In this document: positions 8,957 through 16,815 of the stretch, in pieces | How positions within the stretch are numbered: the stretch's first letter is position 1 | How the letters are laid out: each line of letters opens with the position of its first letter | Assembly: GCA_025360325.1 (NCBI GenBank) | Contig: JANYCI010000013.1 | Location: 13,544-77,543, forward strand | Direction: 5' to 3' | DNA: 64,000 bases | Origin: Limisphaerales bacterium | GTDB taxonomy: Bacteria > Verrucomicrobiota > Verrucomicrobiia > Limisphaerales > UBA11358 | Program-made: the position numbers and the translations under genes | Notes under the pieces: generated by a model | Database searches by the model: none | What the model was told of the DNA's origin: nothing | The model's input: the letters and a program-made list of their open reading frames with translations, nothing else

Positions 8957-9871
8957 ATGTCAAAACCTGCATTGGGACGTGGCCTCGGCGCACTTTTGGG
9001 CGGCAGTCCGCCCATGACAAATCTTGCGCCCGCGATCACCGTGGCCGCTACCCTGCCCGATTCGCGCGACCGCATCCAACGCGTTCCGCTCAATAAAATC
9101 AGGCCAACGGCGATGCAACCGCGCAAGGAATTTTCCGCCGAAGCGTTGCGAGAACTCGCTGATTCGATTCGCGAACAAGGCATTGTGCAGCCGCTCATCG
9201 TGCGCGAGCGCGACGGATTTTTTGAACTCATCGCGGGCGAACGGCGCTGGCGGGCGGCGCAGCTTTTGAATCTGCCGGAAGTCCCCGTCATCACGCGCGA
9301 GGCAGACGACCGCTCCGTTCTGGAACTGGCGCTCATCGAAAATTTGCAGCGCGAAAATCTGAATGCGCTGGAAGAGGCGCTCGGCTATTCGCAGCTCGCG
9401 GAACAATTTCAACTCACGCAAGAAGACATCGCCAAGAAAGTTGGCAAGAGCCGCGCGGCGGTGGCGAACGCGACACGGTTGCTGAAACTTCCGGCGGCGG
9501 TGCAAACATTTATCCGCGAAGGCCGGATTTCCGTGGGTCACGCGAAGGTGATTTTGGGATTGTCCGACGGCGCGCTGCAAGCGCTCGCCGCCGAACGCAT
9601 CATCAAGGAAGGTTTGAACGTGCGGCAAGCGGAAGGGCTGATTACCAAGCTGCAAACGCGTGGCGCAAAATCTTCTGGCGACGTTTCCAAGACGAAAGCC
9701 ATAGTGCCGATTGACGCGAACATTGGTCGGCTGGAAGAAAAAATGCGCGAGAAGTTTGGGACGAAGGTTCACTTGAAATACGCCCAGGGCAAAGGCGCGG
9801 TGGAGATTTCCTTTTTCAGTGACGACGAATTGCAGCGCGTGCTGGAAATTCTCGGCGTCAACGCAGATTGA
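8957..9871 (+). CDS. parB: chromosome partitioning protein ParB/Spo0J
   Basis: ALGRGLGALLG, IRPTAMQPRKEF, GIVQPLIVRE, ELIAGERRWRAA, ENLQRENLN, and HTH QEDIAKKVGKSRAAVANATRLL. Confidence 0.92.
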   Translation: MSKPALGRGLGALLGGSPPMTNLAPAITVAATLPDSRDRIQRVPLNKIRPTAMQPRKEFSAEALRELADSIREQGIVQPLIVRERDGFFELIAGERRWRAAQLLNLPEVPVITREADDRSVLELALIENLQRENLNALEEALGYSQLAEQFQLTQEDIAKKVGKSRAAVANATRLLKLPAAVQTFIREGRISVGHAKVILGLSDGALQALAAERIIKEGLNVRQAEGLITKLQTRGAKSSGDVSKTKAIVPIDANIGRLEEKMREKFGTKVHLKYAQGKGAVEISFFSDDELQRVLEILGVNAD

Positions 9872-9873
9872 TC

Positions 9874-9943
9874 CACCACCAAGGCACCAAGGCACAAAGT
9901 TTTTGTTTTGAATTTTCTTGGTGAGCTTTGTGTCTTGGTGGTT
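9874..9943. repeat. palindromic element (CACCAAGGCACAAAG family), terminator-like, after parB
   Basis: The reverse complement of caccaaggcacaaag (9885..9899) is ctttgtgccttggtg. This matches ctttgtgtcttggtg (9926..9940) with one mismatch. A partial duplication of ccaccaagg precedes it. Confidence 0.75.
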
Positions 9944-9960
9944 AATATATTTTTCAACCA

Positions 9961-10524
9961 ATGATTTTAGAAATTGTAAAATACGGCTCCCCAGTGCTTC
10001 GCAAAAAAGGCGAACGCATCGAAAGTGTCACGCCGGAAATCCGCAAGCTCATCACGGATATGTTCGAGACGATGGAGGAAAACCACGGCGTCGGTCTCGC
10101 GGCGCAGCAAGTGGGCGTGGCGAAATTACTCACGGTGATTGATGTGCGCGCGGTGACGGATCGGCCTTCCACGCTGGAACTCGACGGCGAGCCGGCAGAC
10201 GTGGCGAGCATCATGCCGTTGGTGTTGATCAATCCTGAAGTGACGCCGGTGGGTGAACGGGTGAAGGGCAGCGAGGGCTGCTTGAGTTTCCCGGAAATCT
10301 ACGCGGAGATTTCGCGGCCCGAATCGGTGGATGTGAAAGCGCTCGATGCGAAGGGAAAACCCATTTCATTTCGTTGCGGCGGTTTGCTGGCGCGCGCGGT
10401 GCAGCATGAGACGGATCATTTGAACGGGCTGCTGTTCATTGATCGCATGGAGAAAAAGGTGAAACAGAAATTACAGGCGGAGCTGGATGAATTGCAGGCG
10501 GAGACAAAGGCGGCGAAAAAATAG
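9961..10524 (+). CDS. def: peptide deformylase
   Basis: GVGLAAQQVG, EGCLSFP, QHETDHLNG: the three canonical PDF motifs. Confidence 0.95.
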   Translation: MILEIVKYGSPVLRKKGERIESVTPEIRKLITDMFETMEENHGVGLAAQQVGVAKLLTVIDVRAVTDRPSTLELDGEPADVASIMPLVLINPEVTPVGERVKGSEGCLSFPEIYAEISRPESVDVKALDAKGKPISFRCGGLLARAVQHETDHLNGLLFIDRMEKKVKQKLQAELDELQAETKAAKK

Positions 10525-10527
10525 TCG

Positions 10528-10652
10528 GTGGCGTTTGTCGCGCTGCGACAAACCCGCCGCGTGCAGCGGCGGAACACTTTCATTGTCTCGCGAATCTCCA
10601 AACGAATGGTTGCACCGCTGCACGCGGTGCTAATCGTCGCAGCGCGACGATT
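10528..10652. repeat. composite palindromic element with three nested hairpins
   Basis: H1 is gtttgtcgc-gct-gcgacaaac (10533..10553). A long-range 13-bp pair joins ccgcgtgcagcgg and ccgctgcacgcgg. H3 is atcgtcgc-agc-gcgacgat (10633..10651). H1 and the reverse complement of H3 share the core gtcgcgctgcgac. Confidence 0.7.
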
Positions 10653-10725
10653 TCTACCAAATTTCCATCCAAGTTCCACCGAAGTTCTGCTCGACGATTC
10701 TGCCATTCGCCGCTAATTTCCTGTC

Positions 10726-11967
10726 ATGTCGAATGAATTGCCTCCCGGCGAGCCGCGCAAAAAAATCAACCTCCGTCGTCCCGATGTGATGGAGGCGGTG
10801 CAAGCGCAGGTCTTGTCACATTACCGCAGTGAATTGGTCGAGAACATCCGCGCGAATGGCGGCGTGCTGGCGGCGGGCGATCTGACGGTGAAACTCGCGA
10901 AGGAATTTGGTTTCTGCTACGGCGTCGAACGGGCGATTGACCTGGCTTACGCGGCGCGAAAGTATTTTTCTGAAGTCTCTCCGCACACGCCGATTTATAT
11001 GCTCGGAGAAATTATTCATAACCCCGAAGTGAATGATCAAATTCGCAACATGGGCATTCAGATCATTGCGCACAAGCCGACGGATGAGGAACTGGAGCGG
11101 TTGCAAAAGGGCGATGTGGTAATTATTCCGGCATTCGGCACGGAGGTCGGCACGCGGAAAAAATTGGAATCCATCGGCTGCGAAATGGTGGATACCACCT
11201 GCGGCGACGTGATGAGCGTCTGGAAACGCGTGCGGCAATACTCGAAGGAGAATGTCACGAGCATCATTCACGGCAAGGCGAAGCACGAAGAAACGAAGGC
11301 GACGACCTCGCAGGCGCGGGCTTACGGCAGCGGACATTATCTCGTGGTGTTCAATCTTGGCGAGACGGATTACGTCTGTAATTATATTTTGCACGGCGGC
11401 GACAAGCATGAGTTTTTGAAAAAATTTGAGGGTGCGTATTCCGCCGGGTTCGATCCTGATTTGCATCTGCTCGCGGTGGGCGTGGCGAATCAGACCACGA
11501 TGTTGCGCGGTGAAACGGAAGAAGTTCAAAGACGTTTCAAGACGGCGATGCAAAACAAACACGGCGTGGAAAATGCGGAAAAACATTTCCGGTTTTTCGA
11601 CACCATTTGCGGCGCAACGCAGGATCGGCAGGATGCTTTGGAAAAAATGTTGGCGCAGCCGCCAGACCTTTTGCTCGTCATCGGCGGCTACAATTCTTCC
11701 AACACGTCGCACCTCGCGGAGATGGGCGAGGCGAAGCTGCCGACGTATTTCATCAAGAACGCGGCGAAGATGGAATCGGCAACGCTCATCGTTCACTACA
11801 ACCAGCACATCAAGGCCGAGGAAGAAACGCGCGATTGGCTCCCCGCCGGGAAACTTACCGTGGGCATCACTGCGGGCGCCAGTTGCCCGAACAACTTGAT
11901 CGAGGACACCATTCGCCGGTTGTTCGAGCTGCGCGGGATTTCGGTAGCCGATGTCATTAAAAAATAA
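10726..11967 (+). CDS. ispH: 4-hydroxy-3-methylbut-2-enyl diphosphate reductase (long, cyanobacterial/plant-like form)
   Basis: FGFCYGVERAI, GEIIHNPEVN, DTTCGDV, ANQTTML, DTICGATQDRQ, GGYNSSNTSHL, GITAGASCP. Confidence 0.9.
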   Translation: MSNELPPGEPRKKINLRRPDVMEAVQAQVLSHYRSELVENIRANGGVLAAGDLTVKLAKEFGFCYGVERAIDLAYAARKYFSEVSPHTPIYMLGEIIHNPEVNDQIRNMGIQIIAHKPTDEELERLQKGDVVIIPAFGTEVGTRKKLESIGCEMVDTTCGDVMSVWKRVRQYSKENVTSIIHGKAKHEETKATTSQARAYGSGHYLVVFNLGETDYVCNYILHGGDKHEFLKKFEGAYSAGFDPDLHLLAVGVANQTTMLRGETEEVQRRFKTAMQNKHGVENAEKHFRFFDTICGATQDRQDALEKMLAQPPDLLLVIGGYNSSNTSHLAEMGEAKLPTYFIKNAAKMESATLIVHYNQHIKAEEETRDWLPAGKLTVGITAGASCPNNLIEDTIRRLFELRGISVADVIKK

Positions 11968-12016
11968 AGATTCTTTTCGATTTGACGAATGATTCTTTTT
12001 GCATCATTTTAGGCAC

Positions 12017-12220
12017 ATGAGAATGACAGTGGATATAGACAAAAAAACCTTGGGTGAATTGTTGAAGGTCACTGGCCACTCGAAAAACAGTCCCGCCGTG
12101 GCCTTCGCCGTGCGGGATTTTCTCAACCGGAAAAAAGCAAAAAACTTTGGCCGGATGTTGCGGGAAGGCAAGTTTGATTATCCCGCCACGAACGACGAAA
12201 CCGAAACGCGGGACGTTTGA
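12017..12220 (+). CDS. vapB: type II antitoxin, VapB-like
   Basis: A small ORF (MRMTVDIDKKTLGELLKVTG...) ending 4 nt before the PIN-domain gene, which is the typical VapB arrangement. The start could be 12017 or 12023. Confidence 0.7.
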   Translation: MRMTVDIDKKTLGELLKVTGHSKNSPAVAFAVRDFLNRKKAKNFGRMLREGKFDYPATNDETETRDV

Positions 12221-12224
12221 GATT

Positions 12225-12644
12225 ATGGTGCTGGTAGATTCATCGGTGTGGATCGAGTCGTTGCGGCGCGACGGCAATGTTTACGTCAAGCTCGCGCTGG
12301 AGGCGTTGCTGGAAGAATACGAGGCCGCTTGGTGCGGGCCGGTGAAATTGGAAGTCCTTGGCGGTGCACGCGCGCAAGACCGCAAGGCGCTGGAGGAACA
12401 GTTCAGTTGCATCCCATATTTTCCGATGACGGATGCCGCGTGGGATTCCGCAAAAAATCTGGCGTGGCGGCTGCGCGACAATGGTTGCACAGTGCCGTGG
12501 AATGATATTTTAATCGCCACACTTTCGCGCCAGGCCGAGTGTCGCGTTTACAGCGTGGACAAGCATTTTAACCTCATGTATGAAAGCGGAGCGGGAATTG
12601 TGCTTTACGATCCTGGCTACGGCGGAAAATACAATCCAAATTAA
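12225..12644 (+). CDS. vapC: PIN-domain ribonuclease toxin VapC
   Basis: MVLVDSSVWIE... (N-terminal acidic D) and ...WNDILIATL...VYSVDKHF: the conserved PIN acidic pattern. The ORF-track start at 12147 overlaps vapB and is unlikely. Confidence 0.8.
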   Translation: MVLVDSSVWIESLRRDGNVYVKLALEALLEEYEAAWCGPVKLEVLGGARAQDRKALEEQFSCIPYFPMTDAAWDSAKNLAWRLRDNGCTVPWNDILIATLSRQAECRVYSVDKHFNLMYESGAGIVLYDPGYGGKYNPN

Positions 12645-12648
12645 TTTT

Positions 12649-13809
12649 ATGCCACGCAACCGGGAAGAACTCGAACAAATCGAACGGCAAACCCTCGCGC
12701 CCTTCGCGCAATTCAGCGGCGACACGCGCGGGCGCGAACACGCGGAAGCCCCGCCGGAAATGCGCACGCAGTATCAGCGCGACCGCGACCGCGTGATTCA
12801 TTCACGCGCTTTTCGTCGCCTCGAATACAAGACGCAAGTTTTCCTCAACGGCACGGGCGATCACCTTCGCACGCGGCTCACGCACACGATGGAAGTCGCG
12901 GCGATTTCACGCAACATCGCCAGCGCGCTGCGGCTCAACACCGATCTTGCCGAGACGATTGCGCTCGCACATGACCTCGGCCATTCGCCGTTCGGTCACA
13001 AAGGCGAAACCGTGCTCGCCCAATTGATGAAAGGGCGCGGCGGTTTTGAACACAACCAGCATAGCCTCCGCATCGTGGAATTTTTAGAACAGAAGTATCC
13101 GAATTTTTCCGGCCTCAATCTTTCGTGGGAAGTCCGGGAAGGTCTCGCGAAACATCACACCGCCTACGATCACCCCGGCAAGCGCAAAGATTTTGACGCA
13201 AAAAATTCTTCGCTCGAAGCGCAGATCGCGAATCTCGCGGATGAAATTACTTATTACAGCCACGACCTCGATGACGGCCTCGACTCCGGTTTGCTTGATG
13301 AAAAGGAATTGACCAAAAACATCCGCGTCTGGGCGCACGCGGAAAAATTGGTTCGCAAAGAATACGGCAAGTTGCCCGATGAATCCCGCCGCTACATCAT
13401 CATCCGCACAATCATTGATATGCAGATCAAGGACGTCGTCGAAAACAGCGAGCGGCTCATCGCGAAAGCCAAAGTGCAATCGGCCGATGACGTGCGCCTC
13501 TGTGCGAAGCCACTCGTGCAACACACGCCGGAGCGCAGCAAGCTGAATTTGGAAATGCGGAAGTATCTTTACAAAAATCTGTATTACAACCCGGTCGTCC
13601 ACGAGCCGAATTTGCGAGCGGTGAAATTACTTGGAAAGCTGTTCAATTATTTTCTCACGCACCCGAAAGAAATCGGCGAAAGCTCGCGGCGCCGTTTGAA
13701 GAAAGTCGGTTTGCACCGCACCGTTTGCGATTACATCGCCGGCATGACGGACCGCTATGTGATGCTTGAATGTGAGCGCATCTTCGGGAAAAAATTCGAG
13801 ATCAAGTAA
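12649..13809 (+). CDS. dgt: dGTPase-like HD-domain triphosphohydrolase
   Basis: YQRDRDRVIHSRAFRRLEYKTQVF, RTRLTHTMEV, LAHDLGHSPFGH, ADEITYYSHDLDD. ATG at 12649 lies 4 nt after the vapC stop. Confidence 0.88.
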   Translation: MPRNREELEQIERQTLAPFAQFSGDTRGREHAEAPPEMRTQYQRDRDRVIHSRAFRRLEYKTQVFLNGTGDHLRTRLTHTMEVAAISRNIASALRLNTDLAETIALAHDLGHSPFGHKGETVLAQLMKGRGGFEHNQHSLRIVEFLEQKYPNFSGLNLSWEVREGLAKHHTAYDHPGKRKDFDAKNSSLEAQIANLADEITYYSHDLDDGLDSGLLDEKELTKNIRVWAHAEKLVRKEYGKLPDESRRYIIIRTIIDMQIKDVVENSERLIAKAKVQSADDVRLCAKPLVQHTPERSKLNLEMRKYLYKNLYYNPVVHEPNLRAVKLLGKLFNYFLTHPKEIGESSRRRLKKVGLHRTVCDYIAGMTDRYVMLECERIFGKKFEIK

Positions 13810-14380
13810 GACGATTCCACGCGGCCAGTTCCGCGTGCAATTCCTCCACGGGCAAGCCGACGACATTGCTGAACGAGCCGGAAATTTCCGCGATGATGAG
13901 TTCGCCGTGTTGCTGCACCGCATAAGCCCCGGCCTTGTCGAGCGGATTTATTTTTGAAAGGTAACGGCGGATTTGCGCCGGATTCAAAGGGTGAAAACGC
14001 ACATCTGTGCTCACGGAAAAATTTCTTTCGCGCTGTCCACCCACATGAATCAAGCTCACCCCCGTCACGACTTGATGGATTTTCCCCTGCAACTGCGAAA
14101 GCATTTTCTCTGCGTCGGCGAGGTTGCGCGGCTTGCCAAAAATTTTCCGATCCAAAAAAACCAACGTGTCCGCGCCCAGCACCAGCGCGCCGGGATTTTT
14201 GGCGGCGACGGCGCGGGCTTTGCGGTGCGCGTTGAGCTGGCAAATTTCGTGTGGCGAAAGATGCGCGTGCGCGACTTCGGTGGCATCGCTGGCGACGATC
14301 TGAAATTTGAGCGGGAGCAGACCGAGCAGTTCCGCGCGGCGCGGCGAGGTGGAAGCGAGAATGAGCGGCGGCAGTTTCAT
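13802..14380 (-). CDS. maf: Maf-like nucleoside triphosphate pyrophosphatase
   Basis: LILASTSPRRAELL, GADTLV, KAGAYAVQ. Its 3' end overlaps the dgt-like 3' end by 8 nt (convergent genes). Confidence 0.9.
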   Translation of the reverse strand: MKLPPLILASTSPRRAELLGLLPLKFQIVASDATEVAHAHLSPHEICQLNAHRKARAVAAKNPGALVLGADTLVFLDRKIFGKPRNLADAEKMLSQLQGKIHQVVTGVSLIHVGGQRERNFSVSTDVRFHPLNPAQIRRYLSKINPLDKAGAYAVQQHGELIIAEISGSFSNVVGLPVEELHAELAAWNRLT

Positions 14381-14404
14381 ATTTTTTTAATTTAGCGCAA
14401 ATCG

Positions 14405-15085
14405 TCACACGCCGCTGGCGGGCGGCTGGGTGCGTTGAATGAGCGTGGTTTCCAAATTTCGCCGCAGACTGCGTTCCACCGCATGAGCGATCTCGGCCTC
14501 GGCACGCATGAGCTTGTGCAACGCGTGGCGCTCGAGCGCGAGATAGTGGATTTCGTTTTGAGCCGCAACCGTGGCGGTAGCGGGCTGACCGCTGGCGATG
14601 CTGATTTCACCGATCAAACTTTTGGGGGGACACGTTCCGACGGTCGCACCGTTCACCTGCACTTCAACGGAGCCGGTGTTCAGAAAACACAGGTGCGAAA
14701 CGACTTCGCCCTGCCGCGTCAGTTCGGTGCCCGCCGGGGCGGTGCGCCAATGACCGGTCTTGAGCAGCCGGCGCATCTGGTGAGGTTCGAGCTGGGGGAA
14801 AATCCGCTCATAAAAATCGCGGTCGTCCGGGCTGAAGCGGGCAGTGACGTTGCGATATTTAATGATGAGTATCTGCACGACGTTCACGAGCGTGAAGACG
14901 GTTTCCCAAAAAACCCCGACCGGATCGTGCAGCCACCAAGTGCTGTAAATAAATCCAGCCACGCCCGAAGCAATGGCGAGCAACCGCAGCCAGAGCATAT
15001 TCGTCATCATCATCGAGATGACCAGCAGGATGTATTCAATGTTGCCGACGAGCAGCCGGTTGAGCAGGGCAGAATCAATGTGCAT
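14405..15085 (-). CDS. membrane protein with C-terminal cyclic-nucleotide-binding-like domain
   Basis: The N-terminal ~90 aa are hydrophobic (ILLVISMMMTNMLWLRLLAIASGVAGFIY...). A cNMP-like beta-roll follows (LTRQGEVVSHLCFLNTGSVEV...IGEISI). The start is ATG 15085 or 15139. Confidence 0.65.
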   Translation of the reverse strand: MHIDSALLNRLLVGNIEYILLVISMMMTNMLWLRLLAIASGVAGFIYSTWWLHDPVGVFWETVFTLVNVVQILIIKYRNVTARFSPDDRDFYERIFPQLEPHQMRRLLKTGHWRTAPAGTELTRQGEVVSHLCFLNTGSVEVQVNGATVGTCPPKSLIGEISIASGQPATATVAAQNEIHYLALERHALHKLMRAEAEIAHAVERSLRRNLETTLIQRTQPPASGV

Positions 15086-15202
15086 GGCAGTGGGCAATCT
15101 GCCCGGGAGAAATTCAAACCGCAATCCAACGCTTTGCAATTAAAATCCCGCGCTGGAAAATTGAAGCGTGCGTCCGCGATTTTTTTTTTGCAGATTCACC
15201 CT

Positions 15203-15742
15203 ATGCAGAATGTCCGGCAACTCCAAAACCTTGCGCTCATCGGCTTCATGGGCACAGGCAAAACCTCCGTCGGGCGGCTGGTCGCGGATGTGCTGCATTT
15301 TGAGTTTGTGGACACGGACGAACTCATCGAGGAATACACCGGGCGCAGTATCGCGGACATCTTTGCGAAAGACGGCGAAGCGGCTTTTCGTTTGCTGGAA
15401 AAAAAAGTCGTCGAGGAACTGGCGAATAAAACTCAAACGGTCATTGCCACCGGCGGCGGCCTCCCGACCAATCCCGAAAATCTCGTCCGACTAAAATCCC
15501 ACGCGCTCGTTGTCTGCCTCTGGGCGTCCACGGAAAAAATCTGGGAACGCGTCCGGCACCAGTCGCACCGTCCCCTGCTCCACGATCCCGATCCGCAGAA
15601 AAAAATTCGCGACCTGCTCGCCGCCCGCGAACCTTTCTACCGTCAGGCGGACGTGCTGGTGAATACCGGCCTGCGTTCGCCGCGCGAAGTCGCCCAGCAA
15701 ATCGCCTTGCAGTTCAAGCTCGCCAAGCGCACGCGTCCATGA
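15203..15742 (+). CDS. aroK: shikimate kinase
   Basis: Walker A GFMGTGKTSVGR, DTDELIE, FRLLEKKVV, ATGGG. The ORF-track N-terminal extension to 14435 is antisense to the neighbouring gene. Confidence 0.9.
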   Translation: MQNVRQLQNLALIGFMGTGKTSVGRLVADVLHFEFVDTDELIEEYTGRSIADIFAKDGEAAFRLLEKKVVEELANKTQTVIATGGGLPTNPENLVRLKSHALVVCLWASTEKIWERVRHQSHRPLLHDPDPQKKIRDLLAAREPFYRQADVLVNTGLRSPREVAQQIALQFKLAKRTRP

Positions 15743-16782
15743 AGTCCGCGATCCGCCAGCGCGCGTTGGAACTCGGCTTTGACGTTTGCCGCTTCACCAC
15801 CGCCGCGCCGCCGGCCTCCACCGGAAAATTTCAGGACTGGCTCGCGCAAAAAAAACACGGCGAGATGCAATGGCTCGAACGCAACGCGGAGAAGCGCGTG
15901 GAACCACAGAAAGTTTTGGCGGACTCGAAAAGCGTTATCGTGCTGGCGGCGAGCTACGCGAATTTCAAATTTCAAATTTCAAATTTCAAATCCGCCACCG
16001 GCGTCGTCGCTCGCTACGCGCAATTTTCTGACTATCACAATATCCTCGGCGAAAAATTAAAACTGGTCGCAAAATTCCTCGACGAACTTGCCGGCGCGAA
16101 TTCCCGCTCCCTCTGGTATGTGGACACCGGGCCGATTTTGGAACGGGATCTCGCGCAACGCGCCGGCCTCGGCTTTGCCGGCAAGCACACCAACCTCATT
16201 AGCCGCGAACTCGGCAACTGGTTTTTTCTCGCGGAAATTTTAACCACCTTCGAACTAGCACCGGACGCACCGGAAAAAAATCACTGCGGCCAATGCACGC
16301 GCTGCCTCACCGCCTGTCCGACGAACGCCATCACCGCGCCATTTCAGCTCGATGCGCGCCGCTGTATTTCCTATCTCACGATTGAATTGAAAGGCGCGAT
16401 TCCAGAAGCGTTGCGCCCGCTCATCGGCAACCGCATCTACGGCTGCGACGATTGCCTCGCCGCGTGTCCGTGGAACCGGTTTGCCCGCGAAGGAAAATTG
16501 ATGGCGCCGCACGCACGGAAAGATTTGGCCGCGCCGGATTTAATCGAACTGCTTTCGCTCGACGCCGTGCAGTTCAAATCGCGCTTCGCCAACTCGCCCA
16601 TCTTGCGCACGAAGCGGCGCGGATTTCTGCGCAACGTTTGCGTCGCGCTCGGCAATGTCGGCGACCAGACCGCCCTGCCCGCGTTGCAAAAAGCCGCGAT
16701 TGACCCGGAGCCACTCATCGCCGAACACGCGCGCTGGGCCATAGAACAAATTCAACGCCGCACATTACTATTGCCAGACTAA
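15739..16782 (+). CDS. queG: epoxyqueuosine reductase
   Basis: Two 4Fe-4S motifs, CGQCTRCLTACPTNAI and CDDCLAACPWNRF, plus YVDTGPILERDLAQRAGLGFAGKHTNLI. ATGA overlap with aroK. It contains a heptamer-repeat insertion (NFKFQISNFKS). Confidence 0.9.
   Translation: MKSAIRQRALELGFDVCRFTTAAPPASTGKFQDWLAQKKHGEMQWLERNAEKRVEPQKVLADSKSVIVLAASYANFKFQISNFKSATGVVARYAQFSDYHNILGEKLKLVAKFLDELAGANSRSLWYVDTGPILERDLAQRAGLGFAGKHTNLISRELGNWFFLAEILTTFELAPDAPEKNHCGQCTRCLTACPTNAITAPFQLDARRCISYLTIELKGAIPEALRPLIGNRIYGCDDCLAACPWNRFAREGKLMAPHARKDLAAPDLIELLSLDAVQFKSRFANSPILRTKRRGFLRNVCVALGNVGDQTALPALQKAAIDPEPLIAEHARWAIEQIQRRTLLLPD
15961..15990. repeat. heptanucleotide tandem repeat (aatttca x4) inside queG
   Basis: aatttcaaatttcaaatttcaaatttcaaatcc read directly from the sequence. 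It is translated in-frame as NFKFQISNFKS. Confidence 0.9.
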
Positions 16783-16815
16783 TGCGGGCTGATAATTTTT
16801 ATTCGGATACTTGTT

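Noticed and set aside
12649-13809. dGTPase as an anti-phage (dNTP-depletion) defence gene linked to vapBC
   Set aside because: Its sequence pattern and its neighbours (ispH, maf, aroK) fit an ordinary housekeeping Dgt-like enzyme. No other defence genes are nearby. Adjacency to vapBC alone is insufficient.
14435-15202. N-terminal 256 aa of the 435-aa ORF that ends as shikimate kinase
   Set aside because: This part is antisense to the cNMP-domain membrane protein gene. AroK homology, including the Walker A motif, begins right after ATG 15203.
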